Source of the DNA: Candidatus Omnitrophota bacterium
GTDB lineage: Bacteria; Omnitrophota; Gorgyraeia; Gygaellales; Profunditerraquicolaceae
Direction of reading: 5' to 3'
DNA: 64,000 bases
Assembly (NCBI GenBank): GCA_041663665.1
Contig: JBAYMG010000003.1
Location: 86,910 to 150,909, forward strand
The notes under the pieces were generated by a model. That model saw only the letters and a list, made by a program, of their open reading frames with translations. It was not told where the DNA came from and did no database searches. Both the position numbers and the translations under genes were made by a program. This document shows, piece after piece, positions 39,546 through 49,790 of the stretch. Position 1 is the first letter of the stretch. Each line of letters starts with the position of its first letter.

Positions 39546-40112
39546 ATGTTTACCGGCATTATTGAAGAATTGGGTAGGGTGAAAAAGTTAACATGCAGCC
39601 TAGGCGTTATGCTTTTAGAAATAAATGCTAAAGAGATATTAGCCGATATTAAGCTTGGAGACAGTGTCTCTCTTAATGGTGTTTGCCTAACGGTAGTTTC
39701 AATGATGGATAACTCGGTTAGTTTCGAGGTTATGAATACTACGTTTAAAAATACTAACCTTGGGTTGCTTAAAATAAATCAGCAGGTTAATCTTGAACGT
39801 AGCCTAAAAGTAGGGGATAGAATTTCCGGGCATTTTGTTTACGGGCACATTGATTGTTTGGGTACAGTGCGCAAGAAAAGTTTACGTAATGGAAGTATAG
39901 AATTTGAGATTTCTGTTCCGTTTGAATTTATGCGTTATTGCCTTCCCAAAGGGTCGGTATCTTTGGATGGCATAAGCCTTACTTTGGCCAAGGTGTCGAC
40001 TAATACTTTTACGGTTTGCATTATTCCGCATACTTTAAAGAATACTACCTTAAATATTAAAGGGCCTTTGGATAAGTTGAACATAGAATTTGATATGCTT
40101 GTTAAAAAATAA
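39546..40112 (+). CDS. ribE: riboflavin synthase alpha subunit
   Basis: MFTGIIEELGRV.. with internal repeat halves (GDSVSLNGVCLTV / GSVSLDGISLTL). Confidence 0.9.
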   Translation: MFTGIIEELGRVKKLTCSLGVMLLEINAKEILADIKLGDSVSLNGVCLTVVSMMDNSVSFEVMNTTFKNTNLGLLKINQQVNLERSLKVGDRISGHFVYGHIDCLGTVRKKSLRNGSIEFEISVPFEFMRYCLPKGSVSLDGISLTLAKVSTNTFTVCIIPHTLKNTTLNIKGPLDKLNIEFDMLVKK

Positions 40113-40152
40113 GCAGTTTTAGTTTAATTAAAATTTTGGTTATTTTCTATTA

Positions 40153-40181
40153 TTGCACTGCTTGTAAATTTCTGATATACT
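40153..40181 (+). promoter_or_regulatory. candidate promoter for the tRNA: TTGCAC, 17-bp spacer, TATACT
   Basis: ttgcac at 40153-40158; tatact at 40176-40181. Confidence 0.35.
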
Positions 40182-40205
40182 ACAGCAACATTATGACAGA
40201 TGTAA

Positions 40206-40279
40206 CGGGGCGTGGCTCAGCTTGGTAGAGCGCAGCGTTCGGGACGCTGAGGTCACAGGTTCAAGTCCTGTCGCCCCGA
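40206..40279 (+). tRNA. tRNA-Pro (anticodon CGG); CCA not encoded
   Basis: Manually folded cloverleaf: acceptor CGGGGCG/CGCCCCG, D-stem GCTC/GAGC, anticodon stem CAGCG/CGCTG with loop TTCGGGA, T-stem ACAGG/CCTGT with loop TTCAAGT, discriminator A. Confidence 0.85.
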
Positions 40280-40314
40280 CTAATTTAGACTGTTGATAAT
40301 TAAAAGGAGGCGCA

Positions 40315-41082
40315 ATGCGTAAGAATAAGCTTCTGCTTCTTGTACTGGCGTTCATATTGATTACTCCTCTTCTAATTTTCGCTGAAGAAATTACCCTGAC
40401 AACTTATTACCCTTCGCCTTATGGCAGCTATAATGCTTTACAGGTGGATAAGCTTGGAGTCGGAGATAATGATAATAACGGTTCGCTCACTTCTGCGGAT
40501 GTCCCCACTACTACGGGGGATGCCTGGATTAGGGGTAAGGTTGGGATCGGGACAAATGGCCCTGCGTATAAACTGGAGGTAAAGGGGAATATGGTTAATA
40601 CCATTCCCAGCCAAGGGTACTTGGGGTTAACCGGAGATTTGCCCGGTTATGCTGTCGATACTTATCCAACACTTAAAACTAATGGTACTTATATATTTTT
40701 TAGTGCCGGGGGAGTTTATTCGGCTTATATGTCTAGCGGCGGGGTTTGGACAGCTGCATCTAGCCGTGACATGAAAGAGAACTTTGTCGAGCTGAATCCT
40801 CTGGAAATTTTAGCTAAAATTGAAAAGTTGCCGGTAATGGAATGGAACTATAAATCAGAGAATGCCAATATTAAGCATATTGGGCCTTTCGCCGAAGATT
40901 TTTATGCTTTATTTAAGCTGAATGGTAGTGATAATAAGCATTTAGCGCATATCGATCCGCCCGGTGTTGCCCTGGTTGGTATTAAGGCTCTTTCAGTAAA
41001 AATAAATAAACAGCAACAGGAAATAGAAAAACTTCAACGGGAAATTGAAGAGCTAAGGCTACAGATTAAAGCCGGGTTATAG
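40315..41082 (+). CDS. secreted tail-fibre-domain protein with a C-terminal peptidase S74 (endosialidase intramolecular-chaperone, autocleaving) domain
   Basis: Sec signal peptide MRKNKLLLLVLAFILITPLLIFA; Gly/Thr-rich middle (..KVGIGTNGPAYKLEVKG..); C-terminal SSRDMKENFVELNPLEILAKIEKLPVMEWNYK..HIGPFAEDFYALFKL..HIDPPGVALVGIKAL.., then a coiled coil. SD AAAGGAGG. Confidence 0.7.
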   Translation: MRKNKLLLLVLAFILITPLLIFAEEITLTTYYPSPYGSYNALQVDKLGVGDNDNNGSLTSADVPTTTGDAWIRGKVGIGTNGPAYKLEVKGNMVNTIPSQGYLGLTGDLPGYAVDTYPTLKTNGTYIFFSAGGVYSAYMSSGGVWTAASSRDMKENFVELNPLEILAKIEKLPVMEWNYKSENANIKHIGPFAEDFYALFKLNGSDNKHLAHIDPPGVALVGIKALSVKINKQQQEIEKLQREIEELRLQIKAGL

Positions 41083-41109
41083 ATTCTAATAAATGAGCAG
41101 CTAATTATC

Positions 41110-41180
41110 TGGGGACGCTCCTATTAATTGTTATTGAAAATAAATAGGAACGTCCCCAAATTATTTCTAGTTTTCTTTGG
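41110..41180 (+). terminator. intrinsic terminator (15-bp stem with one mismatch, 17-nt loop, U-rich tail)
   Basis: tggggacgctcctatt ..17 nt.. aataggaacgtcccca followed by aattatttctagttttcttt. Confidence 0.6.
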
Positions 41181-41236
41181 CGGGTATTTATGTTAAACTT
41201 AAATAGGTTCTGGCAATAGAGATATATTAATTCGCG

Positions 41237-41509
41237 ATGAAGAAGCAATTGCATCTTATCTATTCAGGTAGAGTCCAAGGTATCGGGTTTCGTTATACTG
41301 TTGCCGATAGAGCCAAACAACAGGGGCTAGTTGGCTGGGTCAGGAATTTAGATGATTTAAGGGTGGAGATTGTTGCTGAAGCTAAGGAGGATGCCCTAAA
41401 CCGTTTTCTTCAAGATGTAAATCAGCATTTTTCCGGTTATATCAGTGAAGTTAAGACAGAGTGGTTGCCAGCTGCCGGCCAATTCCGCGATTTTCAGATT
41501 GTATTTTAA
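41237..41509 (+). CDS. acyP: acylphosphatase
   Basis: 90 aa; VQGIGFRYTVADRAKQQGLVGWVRNLDD signature. Confidence 0.8.
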   Translation: MKKQLHLIYSGRVQGIGFRYTVADRAKQQGLVGWVRNLDDLRVEIVAEAKEDALNRFLQDVNQHFSGYISEVKTEWLPAAGQFRDFQIVF

Positions 41510-41527
41510 AATTGAAATGTTTTCTAG

Positions 41528-43534
<2,007 letters not shown>

Positions 43535-43592
43535 CAGGCGGGATTTTGCTTCAGTAAATTCAGATGGTTACCGCGGAGAAGGGGATGATGAA

Positions 43593-44087
43593 ATGAAATT
43601 TAAAAAAGTATTTTTATTTTTACTGTTGGTTTTTTTAGTATTAAATTTAATTGGTTGTGAATCATTCACACGTAAATTTACCCGTAAATCAAAGAAAGCC
43701 AGCCAGCCCATTGAGATGGTTTTGACTCCTGAAGAGTATAAGGGGCCGAATATGAGCAAGGAAGAGCTTTACCGCCAATATTTTCTTTACTGGAAATCAT
43801 GGCAAGATGAGTTAATTAGTGCCTTTACCTATAAGGCAAGCCTTAAAAAGAAAGTAGATTGTATTCAAGAAGCGTTAAAGAATTTAGTTAGCATGAAATC
43901 AATGTTGGTGCCGGATGCCCAGAAAAATTTTGACCCGCAGTTTTTTAAATTGAACAATCTTTTAGTTGACATAAAAAGCGATGTTTATGGCGCAAATGAT
44001 CAGCGTAATCTTCAGGCTGCCGAGAGAATTAAGTCAAGTATTCAACAAGATTTTATTTATCCAAAAATAAGGAATTACTTAAAATGA
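43593..44087 (+). CDS. hypothetical lipoprotein
   Basis: MKFKKVFLFLLLVFLVLNLIGC lipobox signal peptide; SD GGAGAAGGGG. The remainder is unrecognised. Confidence 0.5.
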   Translation: MKFKKVFLFLLLVFLVLNLIGCESFTRKFTRKSKKASQPIEMVLTPEEYKGPNMSKEELYRQYFLYWKSWQDELISAFTYKASLKKKVDCIQEALKNLVSMKSMLVPDAQKNFDPQFFKLNNLLVDIKSDVYGANDQRNLQAAERIKSSIQQDFIYPKIRNYLK

Positions 44088-44737
44088 TTTTGGAAACCAT
44101 TGTAGTTGGGCCGTTAGAGGTAAATTGCTATATACTTGCCTGTACAGAATCGTGTACCGGATCATCTAATGTTAGTGCTAGCGCAGAATTAAAGCCCGCG
44201 ATTATTATCGATCCCGGTGATCAGATAAAAAAAATTAAAGCGGTTTTGGATAAGCATAAATTGAAACCAGGGCTGGTGATTAATACCCATGGCCATTATG
44301 ATCACATTGGTTGTGATGACGAATTTGGAGTTGATATCTATGTGCATAAGCAAGATTTACCGATGTTGCTTAGTGCCGATAAAAATCTTTCGGCTAATTA
44401 TTCAACAGCCTATAAAGTTAATTCTGAGATTAAAATATTGGAGGATAAGCAGGTTATTAAGTTAGGTTGCTTGGAGCTTGAGGTTATACATTTACCGGGC
44501 CATACCCCGGGAGGGATCGGCTTATTGATGAAGAAGCCTCAAATTGGTATTGTTTTTACCGGAGACACATTATTTTACCATGGGGTAGGTCGTTATGATT
44601 TGCCGGGGGGCAGCGCTAAGCTCCTTGAAAAATCAATCAAGGAGAGGTTGCTTGTTCTGCCTTCGGATACAAAAGTTTATCCCGGGCATGGGCAGGAAAC
44701 TACGATAGGCGCGGAAAAGCAAAAAAGCTTTTTTTAA
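44084..44737 (+). CDS. MBL-fold metallo-hydrolase (glyoxalase II-like)
   Basis: HxHxDH motif (NTHGHYDHIG) and downstream His/Asp ligands (HLPGHTPGG, TGDTLF). Confidence 0.8.
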   Translation: MILETIVVGPLEVNCYILACTESCTGSSNVSASAELKPAIIIDPGDQIKKIKAVLDKHKLKPGLVINTHGHYDHIGCDDEFGVDIYVHKQDLPMLLSADKNLSANYSTAYKVNSEIKILEDKQVIKLGCLELEVIHLPGHTPGGIGLLMKKPQIGIVFTGDTLFYHGVGRYDLPGGSAKLLEKSIKERLLVLPSDTKVYPGHGQETTIGAEKQKSFF

Positions 44738-44743
44738 AAACTT

Positions 44744-45631
44744 ATGAAAGAATTGATTGATTCATTCTTAGATTATCTTTCGGTTGAGCGTGGGTTATCA
44801 AAAAATACTACTATCGCCTATCGTGAGGATCTAAATATGTATCTGGATTTTCTTATTAAGCGCGGGATAAATGCGCTTTCTAAAATAGAGAAAAACGATA
44901 TTATTGAATTCATGCTTTTCGAAAAAGATAAAGGCATATCTCCGACGAGCATATCCCGCAGGCTCACGGCGATACGTATGTTTCATCGATTTTTAAGCCG
45001 GGAGAGGATTCTAAAAAGTGATCCGACTACTTTGATTGATTCGCCGAAATTGTGGAAAAAAATTCCGGATACTCTTTCGCTAAATGAAGTAGAGGCATTA
45101 ATTGCCCAACCGGATCCGCGCGATCACCAGGGGGCAAGGGATAAAGCAATTCTTGAGACGCTTTATGCTACCGGCATGCGCGTATCAGAATCTACCGACC
45201 TTAAAACAAATAATGTAAATTTAGATATTGGATTTTTACGTTGTATCGGTAAAGGCAATAAAGAGCGGATTATTCCGTTGGGGAAAAAAGCGATTCATAG
45301 TATTAACAGGTACTTGGAGTTTAGCCGGCCGCATTTTCTAAAAGATAAAACATCAGAGTGTCTTTTTATCAGCCGATCCGGGTTGAGATTATCGCGCCAA
45401 TCGATCTGGAAATTAATTAAGCGTTATGCTAAAGAAGCTAAAATTAAGAAGCCAATCAAGGTACATACCCTTAGGCATTCTTTTGCTACTCATTTATTAG
45501 AAAGAGGGGCAGATTTACGTTCAGTTCAAGAGATGCTCGGCCACTCAAGTATTTCTACGACGCAAATTTATACCCATGTTGATAAAGATCGGTTAAAAAA
45601 AATTCATACCATGTTTCATCCGCGCCCTTAA
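44744..45631 (+). CDS. xerD: site-specific tyrosine recombinase XerD
   Basis: ..LETLYATGMRVSE.., HTLRHSFATHLLERGADLRSVQEMLGHSSISTTQIYTHV, and the C-terminal ..HPRP ending, close to E. coli XerD. Confidence 0.85.
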   Translation: MKELIDSFLDYLSVERGLSKNTTIAYREDLNMYLDFLIKRGINALSKIEKNDIIEFMLFEKDKGISPTSISRRLTAIRMFHRFLSRERILKSDPTTLIDSPKLWKKIPDTLSLNEVEALIAQPDPRDHQGARDKAILETLYATGMRVSESTDLKTNNVNLDIGFLRCIGKGNKERIIPLGKKAIHSINRYLEFSRPHFLKDKTSECLFISRSGLRLSRQSIWKLIKRYAKEAKIKKPIKVHTLRHSFATHLLERGADLRSVQEMLGHSSISTTQIYTHVDKDRLKKIHTMFHPRP

Positions 45632-45634
45632 AAG

Positions 45635-46912
45635 ATGAAAAAATATTTAAAAAAAATACCGGCTGAGTTAAAAGAATTGATTAAGGTTATCGTCCAGGTT
45701 TCTGCGCAAACCAATATGCCGGCTTATTTAGTTGGTGGGTTCCTGCGCGATTTAATTTTGCAAGTTAAAAATTTTGATTTAGATGTTGCCGTTGAAGGGG
45801 ATGGCATTATTTTTGCCCAAGTTTTAGCGAAAGAATTAGAAGGGGAGTTAAAAACTCATGAGCGTTTTGGTACAGCAACTTTGACTTTAAGTGAAGCGTT
45901 AAAAGTAGATATTGCTACTGCCCGTAAGGAAAAATACCCCAACTGCGGCTGTTTGCCGGTAGTAAGCGCAGGGTCATTAAATGATGATCTCGCCCGCCGC
46001 GATTTTTCGGTTAATGCTTTGGCTGCCAGCATTACCGGGGATAATGGGTGGAAATTAATTGACCTCTTTGGCGGTCGAGATGATTTGTCGTCCGGGAAAA
46101 TCCGTATTTTGCACGACTTAAGCTTTAATGATGACCCTACGCGCATATTAAGGGCAATTCGTTTTGAGCAGCGTTTTAATTTTAAGATCGAGCCTAAAAC
46201 AATGGTTTTGCTTAAGGGTGCAGTTAAGGCTGGACTATTGAATAAAGTAACTCCTCATCGCTTGCGTGATGAGCTAATACTAATGCTTAAGGAGCAGGAT
46301 CCTTTAAAGCAGATAAAGCGGCTTAATAATTTATGCGGGCTATCATTTATCAGCAAAAAAATTAAGGTAGGAAAATCAACTTATAATTTATTTAAATCGC
46401 TGGCCCGCGAAATCAGCTGGTTTAATAAAAATTTTCCTCACCATAGAAAGCTCGATACCTGGCTTATCTATTTTACTGCTTTACTTGAAAGGCTTACCTT
46501 AAAAGAGATTGAGGAGATTGCTGTTAAGCTGGGCTTGCGTAGTGGTGAGGAGAAGAGAATTGTTAGCTATCATCAGGCTAGATTTAAGCTAATCAAGTCT
46601 TTAAGCAAGAAGAGTGTTTTGCCCGCCAGCATTTTTTTTATGCTCGAGCCTTTAAGTTATGAAACGATTATTTTATTAAGGGCGGTATCACAAAATGAAA
46701 ATCTTAAAAAATATGTTGCTGATTTTATTGAAATCTATAACGGCATGCGACTTTGTGTTTCCGGAAACGATTTATCCGGTTTAGGTGTTTTACCCGGGCC
46801 AAGATATAAGAAAATATTTGCCCAAGCGTTGGAAGCTAAGCTTAATGGTCGGGTAAGAAACCGGAAGGAGGAGTTGGTTTTGATTAGGAAATTAATAAAA
46901 ATTACAAATTAG
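45635..46912 (+). CDS. tRNA nucleotidyltransferase / poly(A) polymerase family protein (CCA-adding enzyme head domain, no HD domain)
   Basis: GGFLRDLIL..DLDVAVEGD nucleotidyltransferase motif, then ..RDFSVNALA.. and a tRNA-binding body. Confidence 0.8.
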   Translation: MKKYLKKIPAELKELIKVIVQVSAQTNMPAYLVGGFLRDLILQVKNFDLDVAVEGDGIIFAQVLAKELEGELKTHERFGTATLTLSEALKVDIATARKEKYPNCGCLPVVSAGSLNDDLARRDFSVNALAASITGDNGWKLIDLFGGRDDLSSGKIRILHDLSFNDDPTRILRAIRFEQRFNFKIEPKTMVLLKGAVKAGLLNKVTPHRLRDELILMLKEQDPLKQIKRLNNLCGLSFISKKIKVGKSTYNLFKSLAREISWFNKNFPHHRKLDTWLIYFTALLERLTLKEIEEIAVKLGLRSGEEKRIVSYHQARFKLIKSLSKKSVLPASIFFMLEPLSYETIILLRAVSQNENLKKYVADFIEIYNGMRLCVSGNDLSGLGVLPGPRYKKIFAQALEAKLNGRVRNRKEELVLIRKLIKITN

Positions 46913-46927
46913 AAATGGAGCTAAAAA

Positions 46928-47326
46928 ATGCCAAGACGTGAAAGAGTGGAAGAAGCGATAAAAAAAGAAGTAAGCCTTATTATCCATGATCAGCTTAAAG
47001 ATCCGCGGATAGGTTTTGTCACTATTACTAAAGTTGAGCTTTCCACTGATCTGAGGAATGCCAAGATTTTTTACAGTGTTTTAGGCAAGGAAGAAGACCA
47101 TAAAAAAACTAAAACTGCTTTAGATTCTGCATTGGGTTTTATCCGTAGTTTGGTTGCCCAGAGGATTAATATGCGTTTTGCCACCGAACTTATGTTTCAG
47201 GAAGACCATTCTACCGAGTATAGCGTAAAAATTGAAGAGCTGCTTAATGAAGTAAAGGAACTGCCCGCCGCTAAAGAGGTAGATGAATCAAATATAAGAG
47301 AGGATGGACAGGATGGGGCTAAATGA
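46928..47326 (+). CDS. rbfA: ribosome-binding factor A
   Basis: ..RVEEAIKKEVSLIIHDQLKDPRIGFVTITKVELSTDLRNAKIFYSVLG.., a KH-like RbfA fold with an acidic C-terminal tail. Confidence 0.85.
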   Translation: MPRRERVEEAIKKEVSLIIHDQLKDPRIGFVTITKVELSTDLRNAKIFYSVLGKEEDHKKTKTALDSALGFIRSLVAQRINMRFATELMFQEDHSTEYSVKIEELLNEVKELPAAKEVDESNIREDGQDGAK

Positions 47327-48290
47327 AGTTTGCGCAGCAATAAAAAAATATAATAAATTTTTAATTACTGCCCATACCAGCCCCGAGGGTGATGCTCTGG
47401 GGTCTGAACTTGGATTCTATAGCTTGATTAAATCATTGGGTAAGGAAGGAACAATCATTAACGAAGATAAAGTGCCTTATGGTTATGATTTTCTTTGTGG
47501 GAACAAGCCTATTCAGCTTCTAAGTCGGGAATCTCAGAGTGTTAAATTTGATTGTTTTGTGGCTTTGGATTGCGCAGACTTAAAACGTACGGGTGAAGTT
47601 TATAAATTAAATAAATTCAACCAGCCGATACTAAATATTGATCATCATATAAGTAATCAGAAATTTGGAGACATTAATTGGGTTGATCCCCAAGCATCTT
47701 CATGTTCGGAGATGGTCTTTAAATTATATAAAAAACTGAACCAAAAAATCGACAAAGATTCAGCGTTGGCTTTATATACCGGAATGATGACTGATACCGG
47801 ATCTTTCCGTTATTCCAACACATCTAGTTTTACATTAAAAGCCGTGTCTGAGCTTTTAAAACTTGGAGTTAATGTCAAGGAGGTTTATCGAAATACCTAC
47901 GAGAATATTCCAATTAATGATATAAAGTTATTGCTTAAACTTTTGCCTAAAATTAAATTTTATTACAAAAGCAAGATCGCCAGTTTTAAAATTAGTGACG
48001 AATTAATGAAAGCCGGTAAACCGTCTGTTGACATTGCGGATTTACTTTTAAGTTTTGGCCGCTCAATCAAGGGGGTTGAGGTGGTCGTAATCTTTAAGGA
48101 GAACCTGGGAAACAAGAATGAAGTGCGCATTAATTTAAGGAGCCAGGGCAAAGCAGACGTAAATAAAATAGCTGCTTTTTTTGGCGGTGGAGGGCATAAG
48201 AGTGCCAGTGGCTGCACTTTAACCGGTAATATTGAAAAGATTGAAAAGATTGTAATTGCTAAAATCCAAAGAGTTTTAATGCAAAATTAA
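47304..48290 (+). CDS. nrnA: DHH/DHHA1 phosphoesterase NrnA (oligoribonuclease / pAp phosphatase)
   Basis: ..ITAHTSPEGDALGS.., DCADL, IDHH, and the DHHA1 motif GGGGHKSASG. Confidence 0.8.
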   Translation: MDRMGLNEVCAAIKKYNKFLITAHTSPEGDALGSELGFYSLIKSLGKEGTIINEDKVPYGYDFLCGNKPIQLLSRESQSVKFDCFVALDCADLKRTGEVYKLNKFNQPILNIDHHISNQKFGDINWVDPQASSCSEMVFKLYKKLNQKIDKDSALALYTGMMTDTGSFRYSNTSSFTLKAVSELLKLGVNVKEVYRNTYENIPINDIKLLLKLLPKIKFYYKSKIASFKISDELMKAGKPSVDIADLLLSFGRSIKGVEVVVIFKENLGNKNEVRINLRSQGKADVNKIAAFFGGGGHKSASGCTLTGNIEKIEKIVIAKIQRVLMQN

Positions 48291-49217
48291 GTGAAAACAA
48301 TTGTTGGGATCAATAAAATTAAAAAGCAGCGAAAAGTCGTTGTTGCTTTGGGTGTTTTTGACGGTCTGCACCGTGGCCATTTAAGTGTTTTAAGGGCAGT
48401 AGTTAAAAAGGCCAAGCAAATAAAAGGTTTAAGTGTAGTTTTGACTTTTTGGCCGCATCCCCAAAAACAGGAGAGCCTGTATTCTTTAAACCACCGCTTA
48501 AGATTATTTGCCGCTTTGGGCATAGATACTTGTATTGTAATCAATTTTAATAAAAAATTTTCCCGGACTAGCGCCGAAGATTTTATCAAAAAGATATTAG
48601 TTGATAAAATCGGTGCGCAGCATATTTTTATTGGTGAAAATTTCCGGTTTGGAAGGTTAGCTAAAGGAAGCCATCTTCTTTTGCAAAAATTTGCAAAAAT
48701 TTATAATTATAGTATTAAAAAGTTTTCGATAGTCAGGATTAATAAAAAACCAATCAGCAGCACAGCGATAAGGAAATTAATTAAAGCCGGTAATTTAAAA
48801 GAATCTGAAAAATTGCTTGGGCGTCCGGTGAGCGTCTTGGGTTCGGTAATTAAAGGCAGCAAGCTTGGGCGCAGGATCGGTTTTCCGACTGCAAATATCA
48901 ACCCGCATCATGAAGTCATTCCGCCGGTGGGTATTTATGCGGTAAAGGTGATCTTGAGCAATAAAACCTATTCCGGCCTTTGTTATATTGGCCGTAAACC
49001 TACAATAAATGCTTTAAATAGACATATCGGAATTGAAGTATATATATATGATTTTTATCAAGAGATATATGGGCAATTGCTTGAAATTCAATTCTTAAAA
49101 TTAATCCGGCCTGATCGGAAATTCTCCTCGATTGAAGATTTAACTGCACAGATTAAAAAGGATGTGATTTTTTGCCGCAAATTTCTGAAGCATTCCTTAA
49201 GAATACACAATAGCTAG
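48291..49217 (+). CDS. ribF: bifunctional riboflavin kinase / FMN adenylyltransferase (GTG start)
   Basis: ..VVALGVFDGLHRGH.. (FAD synthetase), with a C-terminal riboflavin kinase domain (GFPTANI..). Confidence 0.9.
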   Translation: MKTIVGINKIKKQRKVVVALGVFDGLHRGHLSVLRAVVKKAKQIKGLSVVLTFWPHPQKQESLYSLNHRLRLFAALGIDTCIVINFNKKFSRTSAEDFIKKILVDKIGAQHIFIGENFRFGRLAKGSHLLLQKFAKIYNYSIKKFSIVRINKKPISSTAIRKLIKAGNLKESEKLLGRPVSVLGSVIKGSKLGRRIGFPTANINPHHEVIPPVGIYAVKVILSNKTYSGLCYIGRKPTINALNRHIGIEVYIYDFYQEIYGQLLEIQFLKLIRPDRKFSSIEDLTAQIKKDVIFCRKFLKHSLRIHNS

Positions 49218-49277
49218 TCATTTAAATTATTTAAGCCACAAGCGATTGTATTGGCTTAATTTAGGTAAATTTGTTCT

Positions 49278-49305
49278 TGACAAAAGGGAGTATTTTGACT
49301 ATACT
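49278..49305 (+). promoter_or_regulatory. dcw-cluster promoter (Pmra): TTGACA, 16-bp spacer, TATACT
   Basis: ttgaca at 49278-49283; tatact at 49300-49305. Confidence 0.6.
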
Positions 49306-49315
49306 TTTGGTATTC

Positions 49316-49340
49316 AGTGGTGAAAAGTGGAGTAAAGTGG
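49316..49340 (+). promoter_or_regulatory. three direct AGTGG (GTGG) repeats with exact 10-bp periodicity = putative MraZ operator boxes
   Basis: cAGTGGtgaaaAGTGGagtaaAGTGGaag, with GTGG at 49317, 49327 and 49337. Lies between the -10 and the mraZ SD. Confidence 0.6.
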
Positions 49341-49352
49341 AAGAGAGGAAAG

Positions 49353-49790
49353 ATGTTCTACGGAGAGTTTGAACATTCTATAGATCGAAAAGGGCGATTA
49401 ATACTGCCGGCCAAGTTCCGTGAAGTAGCTAAAAATCAATTCGTAGAAAAATTTTTTGTGACTCGTGGTTTGGATAAATGTCTTTTTATGTTTGCTGAGG
49501 AAGAATGGCGGTCTCAAGAAAATAAATTTAAAACCATGTCATTTACTAAGCAGCAGTCGCGGACTTTTAACCGTTTACTTTTTAGCGGTGCGGTTGAAGT
49601 AGGTTCTGATAAGCAGGGGAGAATTTTGGTTCCGCAATATTTAAAAGATTTTGCTGAGATTAAAAAAGACGTTATGATTGTGGGGGTTTCTAACCGTATT
49701 GAGATCTGGTCAAAAGATAAATGGCATGATTTTTATGCCAATAGCCGAGAGTCTTTCGAAGAGATCGCCGAAAAACTAATGGATGTATAA
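49353..49790 (+). CDS. mraZ: transcriptional regulator MraZ
   Basis: Tandem MraZ repeats (MFYGEFEHSIDRKGRLILPAKFRE.. and ..VGSDKQGRILVPQYLKDF..). SD AAGAGAGGAAAG. Confidence 0.85.
   Translation: MFYGEFEHSIDRKGRLILPAKFREVAKNQFVEKFFVTRGLDKCLFMFAEEEWRSQENKFKTMSFTKQQSRTFNRLLFSGAVEVGSDKQGRILVPQYLKDFAEIKKDVMIVGVSNRIEIWSKDKWHDFYANSRESFEEIAEKLMDV

Noticed and set aside
40280-41236. Searched for an integrase, an att direct repeat of the tRNA-Pro 3' end, or other phage genes around the tail-fibre-like ORF
   Set aside because: None found. The only similarity is the terminator stem GGGGACG, which is not a copy of the tRNA 3' end. A mobile-element call is not supported.
48651-48672. 11-bp tandem duplication ttgcaaaaatt x2 inside ribF
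   Set aside because: In-frame, and it encodes LLQKFAKIY within a conserved domain. A trivial low-complexity repeat.
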